DNA from: Epsilonproteobacteria bacterium (ex Lamellibrachia satsuma)
Lineage (GTDB): Bacteria > Campylobacterota > Campylobacteria > Campylobacterales > Sulfurovaceae
Length of the DNA: 64,000 nucleotides
Reading direction: 5' to 3'
Assembly: GCA_003934925.1 (NCBI GenBank)
Contig: JQIX01000063.1
Location: forward strand, 2,030 to 66,029
Shown: one piece after another, positions 9,981 through 20,094 of the stretch
Layout of the letters: the number at the start of each line of letters is the position of its first letter
How positions within the stretch are numbered: position 1 is the stretch's first letter
The notes under the pieces: generated by a model
What the model saw: the letters and a program-made list of their open reading frames with translations, nothing else
Databases searched by the model: none
Told to the model about the DNA's origin: nothing
Made by a program: the position numbers and the translations under genes

Positions 9981-11014
9981 ATCTGTCCCTCTAATGCTAT
10001 CCATTTTTGTGCGATTCTCACTGCATTGGTTGCAGCACCGACTCTTACCTGATCCGCCACACCCCAAATATGCAGGATATTGTTTGCGAACAGGTCTTTG
10101 CGTATACGTCCCACATAGGTCTCATCCGTATCTGTGGCAATGATAGGCATAGGATATTCACTTTTCTCCAGATCATCGATAACGATCACATCTTCAAATG
10201 CTGCCAATGCTTCTCTTGCTTCCTGTACGGAAACATCGACATTTTCACCGAACGTGATCGTGATGGCCTCGGAATGGCTTCTGAGCACCGGTACACGTAC
10301 GCAGGTCGCAGAAACGGCAAAGTCAGAATGCATGATCTTGTTGGTCTCATTGACCATTTTCATCTCTTCTTTGGTGTAACCGTTCTCCTGGGGTACATCG
10401 ATCTGGGGAATGACGTTCAAAGCGATCTGATGAGCAAACGCTTCTACTTTTGCTTCATCCAGTTTGAAGTTAAAGAAAGCCTGCATCTGCATGACCAGTT
10501 CTTCCATCCCCTGTTTGCCTGCCCCACTTACAGCCTGATAGGTACTGACATCTACCCTTTTGATACCGTAAAGCTCATCGAGAGGCTTCAGAAGCTGCAC
10601 CATCTGGATAGTGGAACAGTTAGGGTTCGCTATGATCCCCGTATCTTCCCAAAGCTCGATATCTTCAGGGTTCACTTCAGGTACGACCAACGGCACTTTC
10701 GGGTCCATTCTGAAATGTGACGTGTTGTCTATGACCACTGCCCCCGCTTCTACTGCATAGTGTGCGAACTGCGCCGAGATGCTTCCTCCTGCCGAGAAGA
10801 AAGCAATATCGATATTCCTTCCCTCGAATACTTTTTCCGTCAGTTCTTCTATCTTATAACTTTTTCCCTGACATTCTATCTCTTCACCGACGGATCTTGC
10901 GCTTGCAAGCGGCAAAAGATCCGCTATGGGGAATTTCACTTCTTCCAACACTCTAAAAAGCTCTTCACCTACGGCACCGGAGGCGCCTACTACTGCTACA
11001 TTATATTTTTTCAC
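9977..11014 (-). CDS. asd: Aspartate-semialdehyde dehydrogenase
   Basis: GASGAVG, ANPNCSTIQ, TYQAVSGAG, DQVRVGAATNAV. Confidence 0.97.
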   Translation of the reverse strand: MKKYNVAVVGASGAVGEELFRVLEEVKFPIADLLPLASARSVGEEIECQGKSYKIEELTEKVFEGRNIDIAFFSAGGSISAQFAHYAVEAGAVVIDNTSHFRMDPKVPLVVPEVNPEDIELWEDTGIIANPNCSTIQMVQLLKPLDELYGIKRVDVSTYQAVSGAGKQGMEELVMQMQAFFNFKLDEAKVEAFAHQIALNVIPQIDVPQENGYTKEEMKMVNETNKIMHSDFAVSATCVRVPVLRSHSEAITITFGENVDVSVQEAREALAAFEDVIVIDDLEKSEYPMPIIATDTDETYVGRIRKDLFANNILHIWGVADQVRVGAATNAVRIAQKWIALEGQI

Positions 11015-11019
11015 GCTAT

Positions 11020-13533
11020 TTATTCCAATCCTAATGTATTGTCGTTATTTGTTGTAGTTTCTTCACCCTCAGTATTATTCTCTTCTTTGGGCTTCTCTTC
11101 TTTTTGGCATTTTGCCATACTTACCACTTTGTCTTTTTTGTCTACCGATACTACTTTTACACCCGAAGTGTTTCTTCCCGCTTTACGGATGGTTTCCATA
11201 TCTACACGTATCATCTTGCCGATACTTGTCAGGCACATCAGATCTTTGTCCTCTTCAACGAACACTACACCTACCACATCACCTGTTTTAGGTGTGAGTT
11301 TCATGGAAATGACCCCTTTGCCGGCACGGTTCTGTTCACGGTATTCGCTTGCGGTCGTTCGTTTGCCCAAGCCTTTTTCGCTGAGCATCAGGATCTCATC
11401 ATCTTCGCTCTCCAGAGTGGTCGCACCGCATACGTAGTCACCCTCTATTTTGAATTTGATCGCCGTAACACCGCGTGCTACACGTCCTATCTCTCTTGCA
11501 TCTTCTACTTTAAACCTGATACAGAGACCTTTTTTCGTTGCGACAAAGAGCCATTTTGTATCGGGTTTCACGATCTTCGCTTCTACGATCTCATCATCCT
11601 CATCGAGATTGATGGCCCTTACACCGTTACTTCTGATATTTGAGTATTCAGAAAGGTTCGTTCTCTTCACAATACCGTTCTTGGTAAAGAATACAAGTCC
11701 TTTATCTTCAGAGAAGTCTGTAGTAGGGATGATCGCCATGATCTTTTCATCCTTCTGAAGATTGATCAGATTGACCACCGCTTTTCCTTTGGCTGTACGG
11801 GACCCTTCCGGAATACGGTAGACCTTGAGCCAGTAAAGCTGCCCTCTGTCTGTAACGAACATAAGTGTATCATGTGTATTTGACGTAAAGAAGCTCTCTA
11901 TGAAATCATCCTCATACGTGGTTACGGCTGTTTTTCCTTTGCCTCCGCGATGCTGTTTTTCATACTGCTTGACCGGCACACGCTTGATGTACCCTCTGTG
12001 CGTGATCGTTACGACCATTGGCTCATTCGGGATAAGGTCTTCAATATCGATATCGTCATAGTCATCCACGATCTCTGTACGACGCGGTGTGCTGAACTTT
12101 TCGGCTATCTCTACGAGTTCAACACGGATAATAGCATTGATCTTCTCTTCACTCTTCAGGATGCTTTCAAGCTCTGCAATAAGTTTAAGGAGCTCTGCCA
12201 GTTCATTCTCGATCTTTTCTATCTCAAGTCCGGTAAGACGTCTGAGTCTCATCTCAAGAATGGCCTTGGCCTGGATCTCTGAAAGTTTGAAGCGTGACAT
12301 AAGGTTGTCTCTGGCTTCCACATCATCTGAAGAAGCGCGGATGATCTTGATCACTTCATCGATATTGTCCACGGCGATCTTGAGACCTTCGAGGATATGT
12401 GCTCTGGCTCTCGCTTTTTCAAGATCGAAGATGGTTCTTCTGATGACCACGGTCTTTCTGTGATTCAAAAAGAGGTCAAAAAGCTCCATGATGTTAAAGA
12501 CTTTCGGCTCTTTGTTCACAATAGCCAACATGATGATACCGAAGGTCACCTGCATCTGTGTACTCTTGAAAAGGTTGTTCAGCACGATCTCGCTCATCGC
12601 GTCACGCTTAAGCTCCATGACCACACGGATACCTTCTCTGTCCGATTCGTCACGTATCTCCGAAATACCTTCTATATGCTTCTCGCGTACGAGTTGTGCA
12701 ATATTCTCTATGAGCCTGGACTTGTTCACCTGAAAAGGGAGTTCATCAATGATGATCACCTCTTTGTTGCGTTTCTCTTCAATATGGGTCTTGGCACGTA
12801 CTTTGATACGTCCACGCCCTGTGGTATAGGCATCCGTGATCCCTTTGCGTCCGAAGATGATACCTCCTGTCGGAAAATCGGGGCCCTTCACCTTGCCCAT
12901 CATCTCCTCTATGGTAGACTCAGGGTTATCTATACGCAATACAAGGGCATCGATCAGTTCATCCAGACGGTGGGGAGGAATATTGGTCGCCATACCGACC
13001 GCGATCCCGCTTGAGCCGTTAAGAAGCAGGTTGGGTACGCGCGAAGGAAGTACATCGGGCTCCACCATGGAGTCGTCATAGTTCGGTACGTAATCCACCG
13101 TATCTTTCTCCAGGTCGCTTAAAAGCTCTTCAGCGATCTTGGTCATACGTGCTTCGGTATATCTCATAGCCGCTGCATTGTCACCATCGATAGAACCGAA
13201 GTTCCCCTGCCCGTCAATAAGAGGCGCCTGCATAGAGAAATCCTGCGCCATACGTACCAGTGCATCATATACGGCATTGTCGCCGTGGGGGTGATACTTA
13301 CCGATCACATCCCCGACGATACGCGCAGATTTTTTATACGGACTTCTATGTGACAGATGAAGATCGTTCATCGCATAGAGGATCCTCCTGTGTACCGGCT
13401 TGAGTCCGTCACGTGCATCAGGCAAGGCTCTACCGATGATAACAGACATAGAATAATCGAGATAGCTTGTCTTGATACTGTCTTCTATCAGTACCTCTTC
13501 AACATTATGGTCATCGTCAAACAAATCAGACAT
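11020..13533 (-). CDS. gyrA: DNA gyrase subunit A
   Basis: [30 protein letters not shown], GyrA-box QHRGGKG. Confidence 0.98.
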   Translation of the reverse strand: MSDLFDDDHNVEEVLIEDSIKTSYLDYSMSVIIGRALPDARDGLKPVHRRILYAMNDLHLSHRSPYKKSARIVGDVIGKYHPHGDNAVYDALVRMAQDFSMQAPLIDGQGNFGSIDGDNAAAMRYTEARMTKIAEELLSDLEKDTVDYVPNYDDSMVEPDVLPSRVPNLLLNGSSGIAVGMATNIPPHRLDELIDALVLRIDNPESTIEEMMGKVKGPDFPTGGIIFGRKGITDAYTTGRGRIKVRAKTHIEEKRNKEVIIIDELPFQVNKSRLIENIAQLVREKHIEGISEIRDESDREGIRVVMELKRDAMSEIVLNNLFKSTQMQVTFGIIMLAIVNKEPKVFNIMELFDLFLNHRKTVVIRRTIFDLEKARARAHILEGLKIAVDNIDEVIKIIRASSDDVEARDNLMSRFKLSEIQAKAILEMRLRRLTGLEIEKIENELAELLKLIAELESILKSEEKINAIIRVELVEIAEKFSTPRRTEIVDDYDDIDIEDLIPNEPMVVTITHRGYIKRVPVKQYEKQHRGGKGKTAVTTYEDDFIESFFTSNTHDTLMFVTDRGQLYWLKVYRIPEGSRTAKGKAVVNLINLQKDEKIMAIIPTTDFSEDKGLVFFTKNGIVKRTNLSEYSNIRSNGVRAINLDEDDEIVEAKIVKPDTKWLFVATKKGLCIRFKVEDAREIGRVARGVTAIKFKIEGDYVCGATTLESEDDEILMLSEKGLGKRTTASEYREQNRAGKGVISMKLTPKTGDVVGVVFVEEDKDLMCLTSIGKMIRVDMETIRKAGRNTSGVKVVSVDKKDKVVSMAKCQKEEKPKEENNTEGEETTTNNDNTLGLE

Positions 13534-13784
13534 TTTTTTCCTTTTAGCAAAGTTGAATGATTTTATCTAATGATAATGATAAAAAGGCTTAAAAACAGCT
13601 CAAAATCGCTGTAAAGGGCCTTAAAATGGAAATTTAGGATTTTTTATCTTTTTTGGTTAACATAATATTTATAGTTAAAACAGCTTATTTCGCTTTTTTG
13701 ATAAAAGGCACCTTTAAAATACACTCTTACCCTTCTCTTAATATACTTAGAATATAATGCGTACTAAAAAACAAGGACTCAATA

Positions 13785-14225
13785 GTGCCTATAGAACAGC
13801 TGAAAAATATTGTGGATTACGGGATCATAGGATTGCTTCTTTTCTTAAGTTTCATTACTTTCGCATTCGCCATAGAAAGAGTACTTTTCTACCGCGGCAT
13901 CAAACTGAGCGATTACAGCAACAGGACCGCTTTGGAACTTGATGCTTCAAAACGTTTGGCGACGATCGCATCTATCGGCTCGAATGCGCCTTTCATCGGA
14001 CTGCTTGGTACCGTACTTGCGATCATCCTTACTTTTTACATCATCGGGGATCAGCAGGACAGCATCAATCCCGGCGAGATCATGAAACACCTGGCACTTG
14101 CGCTGAAGGCTACGGCAGCCGGACTTGTCGTAGCGATCCCTGCAACGGTCATCTACAATGCACTGCTTACCAAGGTAGATACCCTGCTTGCCCAATGGGA
14201 TATAGCGCAAGACGAACAAAGATAG
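13785..14225 (+). CDS. exbB: ExbB (MotA/TolQ/ExbB channel), short epsilon type
   Basis: IGSNAPFIGLLGTV, ALKATAAGLVVAIP; TATAAT at 13753-13758 and AAGGA RBS. Confidence 0.92.
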   Translation: MPIEQLKNIVDYGIIGLLLFLSFITFAFAIERVLFYRGIKLSDYSNRTALELDASKRLATIASIGSNAPFIGLLGTVLAIILTFYIIGDQQDSINPGEIMKHLALALKATAAGLVVAIPATVIYNALLTKVDTLLAQWDIAQDEQR

Positions 14226-14231
14226 ATCAGT

Positions 14232-14609
14232 ATGAGAAGAGAACGTTTCGACAAAATGAATGTGGTACCGTTCATCGATATCACACTGGTCCTGCTTGTC
14301 ATCGTACTGGCTACGGCTACCTTCGTGACCAATCAGGCCATCAACGTGGACCTGCCCTCTGCAAGTTCAAAAAAGAATGAAGACAAAAAGAGTATCAGTA
14401 TCGCCATTGACAAAGAAGGAAGATATTTTTATGATAAAGAAGAATTAAGCCTTGATCTTATCAAAGAGAAGCTGATGAAGCTCGATCCCAAGAAGGACCT
14501 CATCTCACTGCATATGGACAAAAGCAGCGAGTTCCAATACTTTGTTGACATTATTGATATTCTGAAAACCAAAGGGTTTGAGAATATTTCGATCATCACC
14601 AAAAAATAA
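14232..14609 (+). CDS. exbD: ExbD biopolymer transport protein
   Basis: MNVVPFIDITLVLLVIVL, VDLPSAS. Confidence 0.92.
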   Translation: MRRERFDKMNVVPFIDITLVLLVIVLATATFVTNQAINVDLPSASSKKNEDKKSISIAIDKEGRYFYDKEELSLDLIKEKLMKLDPKKDLISLHMDKSSEFQYFVDIIDILKTKGFENISIITKK

Positions 14610-14681
14610 TCTTTTTTTCGGGTCGATACAATAGACCTATGATTATTTTTATTTATTGATATTTCCCAGCATCCGAATCGT

Positions 14682-14943
14682 GGCGTTGTTTCTCTCTTCA
14701 CTTTTCTAGAAAAGTAAAACAAAAGTCGACACTACTCTCAAATCGCTTCGCTTTCAAGGGTGTTCGTAGTGTCAGAGGCATACTTCGTACGACCAATAAC
14801 TGTATTTCAAGCAATACTCTTCCATTAATCACGCAAAGCGTGTCTTGTTCTTGCGAACGACCTTGAAAGCGAAGCGATTCGAGAGCAAGAACGATTTTTT
14901 TGCTTCGTTTTTTTCTAAAAAAAATGACGAAAGAAACAATGCC
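14682..14943. repeat. About 260-bp foldback element with long nested inverted repeats
   Basis: 14682-14728 pairs with 14892-14943; 14736-14766 (CTCTCAAATCGCTTCGCTTTCAAGGGTGTTCG) pairs with 14854-14885; internal palindrome ACTTTTCTAGAAAAGT. Confidence 0.85.
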
Positions 14944-14987
14944 TCAATGAAGACAAGAGAAAACTTCAATAAAACAAAAAGAATATA

Positions 14988-15305
14988 TTACGATGTCATC
15001 ATCATATACGGACGCTTCAGCTGCTCCGTCATTTTATGCAGGCTCACTGCACGTCCTTCACGTACGAATTCCCGTCCATCCAAAAAGACGATCATTGTCG
15101 GCACGGAAAAGACTTGAAAATAGGCGGATATCTCTGCATTCTCATGGGCATCAAGATAGATCTGCTTTATCACAGGGAACTCTTTATCGAAGAGCTCTTT
15201 GAACTTGGGCCTGAGTGCATGGCACACATTGCAATTCTCTCCGGAGAAGTAAAGCAGTACCCCCACTTCTTCTCTTATGGTATTTTGTAGTTCTTCCAGG
15301 GTCAT
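14988..15305 (-). CDS. Thioredoxin-family protein
   Basis: YFSGENCNVCHAL (CxxC), VFSVPT; AAAGGA RBS before ATG 15305. Confidence 0.85.
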   Translation of the reverse strand: MTLEELQNTIREEVGVLLYFSGENCNVCHALRPKFKELFDKEFPVIKQIYLDAHENAEISAYFQVFSVPTMIVFLDGREFVREGRAVSLHKMTEQLKRPYMMMTS

Positions 15306-15329
15306 ATTTATTCCTTTTTTAAATAGTAT

Positions 15330-15596
15330 GGGCACCTCTAATAACCCTAAATACTCATAATGAGTTTTGCAAATGTGAGATTTTGCAAGAGGCTTTCAAG
15401 TCCTAGCCAAAGCTAAGATGAAGTAAGCATCTTGTGAAAGGTTGCGTTTGCAAAGCCCACCCTGTGGGCATCACTATCTTTCGCCTATGCGTTGTTACTC
15501 TTTTTTTGACTTAGCTATGGCTAGGCCTGCAAAAGAGTGCCTAGCCTAGACAAAAGCTAGTGATGTTATGAGCATCTAGGGTTATTAGAGGTGCCC
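15330..15596. mobile_element. MITE-like element, 267 bp, 31-bp terminal inverted repeats, GTAT flanking direct repeat
   Basis: GGGCACCTCTAATAACCCTAAATACTCATAA versus reverse complement of the right end, 29/31 identical. GTAT at 15326-15329 and 15597-15600. Inner IR 15402-15417 / 15510-15525. Confidence 0.88.
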
Positions 15597-15601
15597 GTAT
15601 A

Positions 15602-15833
15602 TTATATCTTCACTTCCCAGTACCCTCGCGTACCTCCAACTCTCACAAGCAATCCCATCTTCTTCAACTTGGCAATATTCTCTTCAATCTTCCTCTTAGA
15701 GATACCTACCTCCTGGGAAAGTCTGGCAGCACTTATTTTTGCATTGCTTTTCATGACCTCTATGATCTTTTGCTGATTTTCAGTTAGATTACCGACCCTA
15801 CTACCGACTTTATTGCCGACCTTTTACCGACTT
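15602..15833 (-). pseudogene. 3' fragment of a gene ending in a winged-helix domain (Fic- or ATP-binding protein-type tail)
   Basis: Translates VGNKVGSRVGNLTENQQKIIEVMKSNAKISAARLSQEVGISKRKIEENIAKLKKMGLLVRVGGTRGYWEVKI*. No in-frame start; four ~12-bp GTCGG repeats, one a base short. Confidence 0.7.
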
Positions 15834-15838
15834 TTATT

Positions 15839-16168
15839 TTAAAATGAAATAAACAGCGAACACCCTTCAAACTCTTCCGTTCCAAAGGTATTCATCAATC
15901 TTTCATGGTCCAATTTTACATAACGCTGCAGTTTTCTATAAAGCACTTTGACATCATCCCTGTGTGAAATGGCATGAAATTCATTCTCAACGCTTTCCAT
16001 GTTCAGAAGATTGTTTCTGCAACGATTTCGTTGAATGCGATTAAGGGTAAGAGATGACCTCTCCTGCTGAAGTCTTCTTTTAATACTACGCACGCGATGA
16101 AAAAACTGTCTTAATTCATTTTCCAACTCACTGTTCATTCTCATATCGATATACGTAAGATGATACAT
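15839..16168 (-). CDS. Hypothetical protein, 109 aa, unrecognised
   Basis: Stand-alone ORF with AAAGGAG RBS upstream of the ATG. Confidence 0.6.
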   Translation of the reverse strand: MYHLTYIDMRMNSELENELRQFFHRVRSIKRRLQQERSSLTLNRIQRNRCRNNLLNMESVENEFHAISHRDDVKVLYRKLQRYVKLDHERLMNTFGTEEFEGCSLFISF

Positions 16169-16287
16169 TTTCTGACTCCTTTCATAAGGTTTTACCTATT
16201 ATAAGGGCTCTTTACTTAAATATCCTTATGATGCGACTTAAGCCAAGTAGGAGTATAATCACGCAATTAATTTGTAAGGGATCACTA

Positions 16288-17025
16288 ATGGGTAGAGCGT
16301 TCGAATACCGTAAAGCAGCAAAAATGAAGAGATGGGGGACCATGTCCAGAGTCTTCCCGAAATTAGGCAAGATCATCACTATGGCAGCCAAAGAAGGCGG
16401 TCAGGACCCAGATATGAACCCTAAACTTCGTACTGCTATTCTTAATGCCAAAGCACAAAATATGCCAAAAGACAACATTGATGCAGCCATCAAAAGAGCT
16501 TCAGCAAAAGACGCTGCCGACATTAAAGAAATTACCTATGATGTAAAAGCGCACTACGGTGTACAGATGATCGTTGAGTGTGCTACAGACAACCATACAA
16601 GGACCGTTGCCAATGTCAAAGCCATTCTCAACAGGAACGGCGGGGAGATGCTGACGTCAGGTTCACTGAACTTTATGTTCACCAAAAAAGCGGTCTTTGT
16701 ATTTGACAGAACGGATGACATGGACATCGAAGAACTTGAACTTGACCTCATCGATTACGGTCTCGAAGAGATAGAAGAAGATGTGGAACCGCAGGAAAAC
16801 GGCGAGGATAAAGCTATCGTCAGGGTCTACGGTGAATTCACTTCATTTGGAGATCTCACCCATGCACTTGAGGACAAAGGCATAGAAGTCAAAAAAGCAA
16901 CGATCGAATATATCGCCAATACGCCTGTAGAGCTCACGGACGAGCAAATGGAAGAGATAGACTCACTGATAGACAAACTGGAAGAAGACGAGGATGTCCA
17001 GAACGTTTATACGAATATAAATTGA
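16288..17025 (+). CDS. yebC: YebC/PmpR family protein
   Basis: [37 protein letters not shown]; TATAAT at 16254-16259. Confidence 0.95.
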   Translation: MGRAFEYRKAAKMKRWGTMSRVFPKLGKIITMAAKEGGQDPDMNPKLRTAILNAKAQNMPKDNIDAAIKRASAKDAADIKEITYDVKAHYGVQMIVECATDNHTRTVANVKAILNRNGGEMLTSGSLNFMFTKKAVFVFDRTDDMDIEELELDLIDYGLEEIEEDVEPQENGEDKAIVRVYGEFTSFGDLTHALEDKGIEVKKATIEYIANTPVELTDEQMEEIDSLIDKLEEDEDVQNVYTNIN

Positions 17026-17038
17026 TGCTGTGCATCAA

Positions 17039-17108
17039 AGCACTGAGCAGTGAGCAGTGAGATTTTTCTTTCTATTTTCTCAACACTCAACACTCATCGC
17101 TCATCGCT
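17039..17108. repeat. Two inverted heptamer arrays around a 17-bp pyrimidine-rich spacer
   Basis: AG CACTGAG CAGTGAG CAGTGAG / spacer / CTCAACA CTCAACA CTCATCG CTCATCG CT, between convergent genes. Confidence 0.88.
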
Positions 17109-17128
17109 AAAACAGGCAAAGTCTGTTT

Positions 17129-18727
17129 TTAATGGTGACCATACTTCTCTGCAAACTCCTCATAATTCCCTTCAAAGTCGATCACTGTTCCATCTTCGTT
17201 TAGTTTAATGATACGGTTTGCAAAAGCATCAATAAGTTCTCTGTCGTGAGTAACGCAGATGACACCGCCCTGGTAGTTATGCAGTGCTTCACCCAAAGCG
17301 ACGATCGCTTCAAGGTCAAGGTGGTTATCCGGCTCATCCAGTACAAGGAAGTTCGCGCTGTCCATCATCATTTTGGAGAGCATGACACGGTGTTTCTCTC
17401 CGCCCGAACAGGCATTGACCTTCTTCTTTTGCTCTTCTCCGGAGAAGAGCATCCGGCCAAGGGTCTTGCGGATATCGTCTATATGCCATTTTGCATCAAA
17501 GCCTTGGATCCACTGCGGCAGTACTTCATCCCCTACGACTATATCGGTTGTATTTTGAGGGAAATAGCTGGTGGTAATAGTTTGACCCCAATTGAATTTT
17601 CCGCTGTCAGGTTCAAGATTGCCCATAAGGATCTCAAGCAGTGTCGTTTTTCCCACACCGTTCGCGCCGATCAGTGCGATCTTGTCACCTTTGTTGACCT
17701 TGAATGTCAAGTTCTCGAATACTTTTTCTCCGTCATAGCTTTTGGAAAGGTTCTCGACTTCAAGTACTTCGTTCCCAATGTCACGGTGTGCCTTGAACAT
17801 AATAGACGGGTCGCGCCTGCTTGAAAGTTTGATCTCCTGTACATCCAGTTTATCCAGTTGTTTCTGTCTTGAAGTTGCCTGCTTCGCTTTGGAGGCATTG
17901 GCTGAGAATCTTGCGATGAATTTCTCAAGCTCTTCTTTCTCTTTAAGTGCTTTACCCCTATCCGCTTCATGCTGTTTTGCTATAAGATTTGCAGCGATAT
18001 ACCATTCATCATAGTTACCGGTGAATTCACGGATATTCTGAAAATCAAGGTCAAGTATATGTGTCACCACACCATTTAAAAAGTGTCTGTCATGCGAAAT
18101 GACCAAAAGTGTACCTTCATGACGCTTCAGCTCATTTTCAAGCCATGCGATCGTCTCCATATCGAGGTTGTTGGTAGGCTCATCAAGCAGCAGTACATCC
18201 GGCTTCAGAAAAAGAACCTGTGCAAGCAGGATCTTGAACTTGTCTCCGCCAGTGAGAGAACTCATCAGTTCGCTATGCTGTTCTACAGGGAATCCCAATG
18301 TTGTAAGCAGTTTTTCTATTTTCACATCCGACTCGTATGTCGGGTCTTCATCTGCGCAGATCATCTCCAGTTCACCCAGACGGTTATTGACCTCTTCGCT
18401 CTCGAAATCACCCTCCATATAGAGTTTTTCTTTCTCTTTCTGTGCATCATAGAGTTTTTTATTTCCATAAAGCACTGCATCGCTTAATGTAAAATCTTCA
18501 AACGCATACTGGTTCTGGCTCAGCATCCCCAGTTTCAGTCCGGGCTGAAGCTGCACCTCACCGTCACTTGGTTCTATCTCTCCTGCAAGGATCTTCATGA
18601 ATGTTGATTTTCCTGCCCCGTTCGCACCGATAAGTCCGTAACGCTTACCTGCATCCAGGGTAATATTGATCTTCTCGAAAAGCACTCTCTTTCCGTATCT
18701 TTGTGTTAAATTGACTGTACTAAGCAA
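17129..18727 (-). CDS. ABC-F family ATPase (YbiT-like)
   Basis: Two Walker A motifs (GANGAGKS, GANGVGKT), LLLDEPTNNLD, no transmembrane segments. Confidence 0.93.
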   Translation of the reverse strand: MLSTVNLTQRYGKRVLFEKINITLDAGKRYGLIGANGAGKSTFMKILAGEIEPSDGEVQLQPGLKLGMLSQNQYAFEDFTLSDAVLYGNKKLYDAQKEKEKLYMEGDFESEEVNNRLGELEMICADEDPTYESDVKIEKLLTTLGFPVEQHSELMSSLTGGDKFKILLAQVLFLKPDVLLLDEPTNNLDMETIAWLENELKRHEGTLLVISHDRHFLNGVVTHILDLDFQNIREFTGNYDEWYIAANLIAKQHEADRGKALKEKEELEKFIARFSANASKAKQATSRQKQLDKLDVQEIKLSSRRDPSIMFKAHRDIGNEVLEVENLSKSYDGEKVFENLTFKVNKGDKIALIGANGVGKTTLLEILMGNLEPDSGKFNWGQTITTSYFPQNTTDIVVGDEVLPQWIQGFDAKWHIDDIRKTLGRMLFSGEEQKKKVNACSGGEKHRVMLSKMMMDSANFLVLDEPDNHLDLEAIVALGEALHNYQGGVICVTHDRELIDAFANRIIKLNEDGTVIDFEGNYEEFAEKYGHH

Positions 18728-18876
18728 GTGTTATCCTTGTATCTATAAATAATTGATGCGATTTTACCCAAAAAAATCCATAGATTTCTTGAAATACACA
18801 TAATGTTTATGTTTAAAAGATATAGATACGGTTGTAAACTACCTCTTTGAAAATTACGGGAACGGGAAAGAAGAGT

Positions 18877-18892
18877 AGTGCTGAGCGCTGAG
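18877..18892 (+). repeat. Short heptamer array AG TGCTGAG CGCTGAG
   Basis: Two units of the same family, just past the arsC stop. Confidence 0.6.
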
Positions 18893-18914
18893 AATATTAT
18901 AAGAGCGTACCCTC

Positions 18915-19268
18915 TTAATTATCCAGCAGTTCAATCACCTTCTCGATCGGGCGGCCGATGGCTGCTTTGCCATCCTTGATGACAATAGGTCTTTCTATGA
19001 GTTTTGGATTTTCCAGCATCGCTTCAATGAGTTTCTCCTCATCTTCCACATCTTTCAGTCCCAACTCTTTATAGATATCTTCTTTTGTTCGCATAAGCTC
19101 TCTGGCACTCATACCAAGCATTTTCAACAACGCTTTAAGTTCCTCTTTGGTCGGTGGTGTATCAAGATACTTCACGACATCAGCTTCTACACCTTTTTCT
19201 TCCAAAAGTAACATTGCATTTCTTGATTTGCTGCATCTCGGGTTATGCCATATGGTTACATTTGCCAT
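18915..19268 (-). CDS. arsC: ArsC-family (glutaredoxin-type) arsenate reductase
   Basis: HNPRCSKSR, PKLIERPIV. Confidence 0.9.
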   Translation of the reverse strand: MANVTIWHNPRCSKSRNAMLLLEEKGVEADVVKYLDTPPTKEELKALLKMLGMSARELMRTKEDIYKELGLKDVEDEEKLIEAMLENPKLIERPIVIKDGKAAIGRPIEKVIELLDN

Positions 19269-20094
19269 AATATTTTCCTTCATTGTGTAATTTGACTATT
19301 TTTTTGTCCACTCCGGTGATCACATTCTTGTCTTTGCCTTCGTACTCTATATTTAAAAGCAGATATCTCACCGCATTCAGCCTAGCTCTTTTTTTATCAT
19401 TTGCATCCAGTTCGCACCAGGGTGCATGTGCTGTACCGGAAAGTTTGAACATTTTATCTCTCAATATCTCATATTCAGGATATGCTTCGTGTGATCTGTA
19501 GTCAAGCACTGAAAGTTTCCAGCTTTTGAGCGGATCATTCTCTCTTTGTTTGATCCGATTTGCCTGTGTCTCAAAAGAGATGTTCAAATAGAATTTGAAA
19601 AAAAGTACCCCGTCATCCACCAGCATCTCTTCCACGCCGTTGACCTGTCTGTAAAAATGATCATGCTGTCCCGGAGTACAGAAACCGAAGATCTGTTCTA
19701 TACCGGCCCTGTTATACCAGGACCTGTCAAAAAAAACAATCTCTCCGGCATTGGGTATCTGTTTCAGATGCCGTTGAAAATACCACTGTCCAAGCTCTTT
19801 GGAATTTGGTTTCGGAAGTGCAACGGAGCGTGCTTCTCTGGGATTGAGATAGTTGTTGAACTCTTTAATGGTAGAACTTTTCCCCGCTGTGTCCATCCCT
19901 TCAAATATCACAAGAAGCCGTTTTTCATTGTCGATGACCCACTTTTGAAGTTTTACCAACTCATACTGGAGTCTTAAAGACTCCTCTTCATAGAATTTTC
20001 GTTCTATATCTCCATTCCCTTTAAAGACTTTGGAAAATTTTATTTTATATTCAGGAATGTCTTTCGTATAAATAACACGCTGTTGATCACTCAT
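19243..20094 (-). CDS. ppk2: Polyphosphate kinase 2
   Basis: EGMDTAGKSS, QWYFQR, FDRSWYNRAG, WKLS. Confidence 0.93.
   Translation of the reverse strand: MSDQQRVIYTKDIPEYKIKFSKVFKGNGDIERKFYEEESLRLQYELVKLQKWVIDNEKRLLVIFEGMDTAGKSSTIKEFNNYLNPREARSVALPKPNSKELGQWYFQRHLKQIPNAGEIVFFDRSWYNRAGIEQIFGFCTPGQHDHFYRQVNGVEEMLVDDGVLFFKFYLNISFETQANRIKQRENDPLKSWKLSVLDYRSHEAYPEYEILRDKMFKLSGTAHAPWCELDANDKKRARLNAVRYLLLNIEYEGKDKNVITGVDKKIVKLHNEGKYYGKCNHMA

Noticed and set aside
13270-13295. GyrA has Asn at the E. coli Ser83-equivalent position
   Set aside because: The same residue is wild type in Helicobacter pylori; not evidence of acquired resistance.
13566-13584. Fur-box-like AATGATAATGATA upstream of exbB
   Set aside because: About 13/19 match in an AT-rich region, 200 bp from exbB and overlapping the gyrA promoter area.
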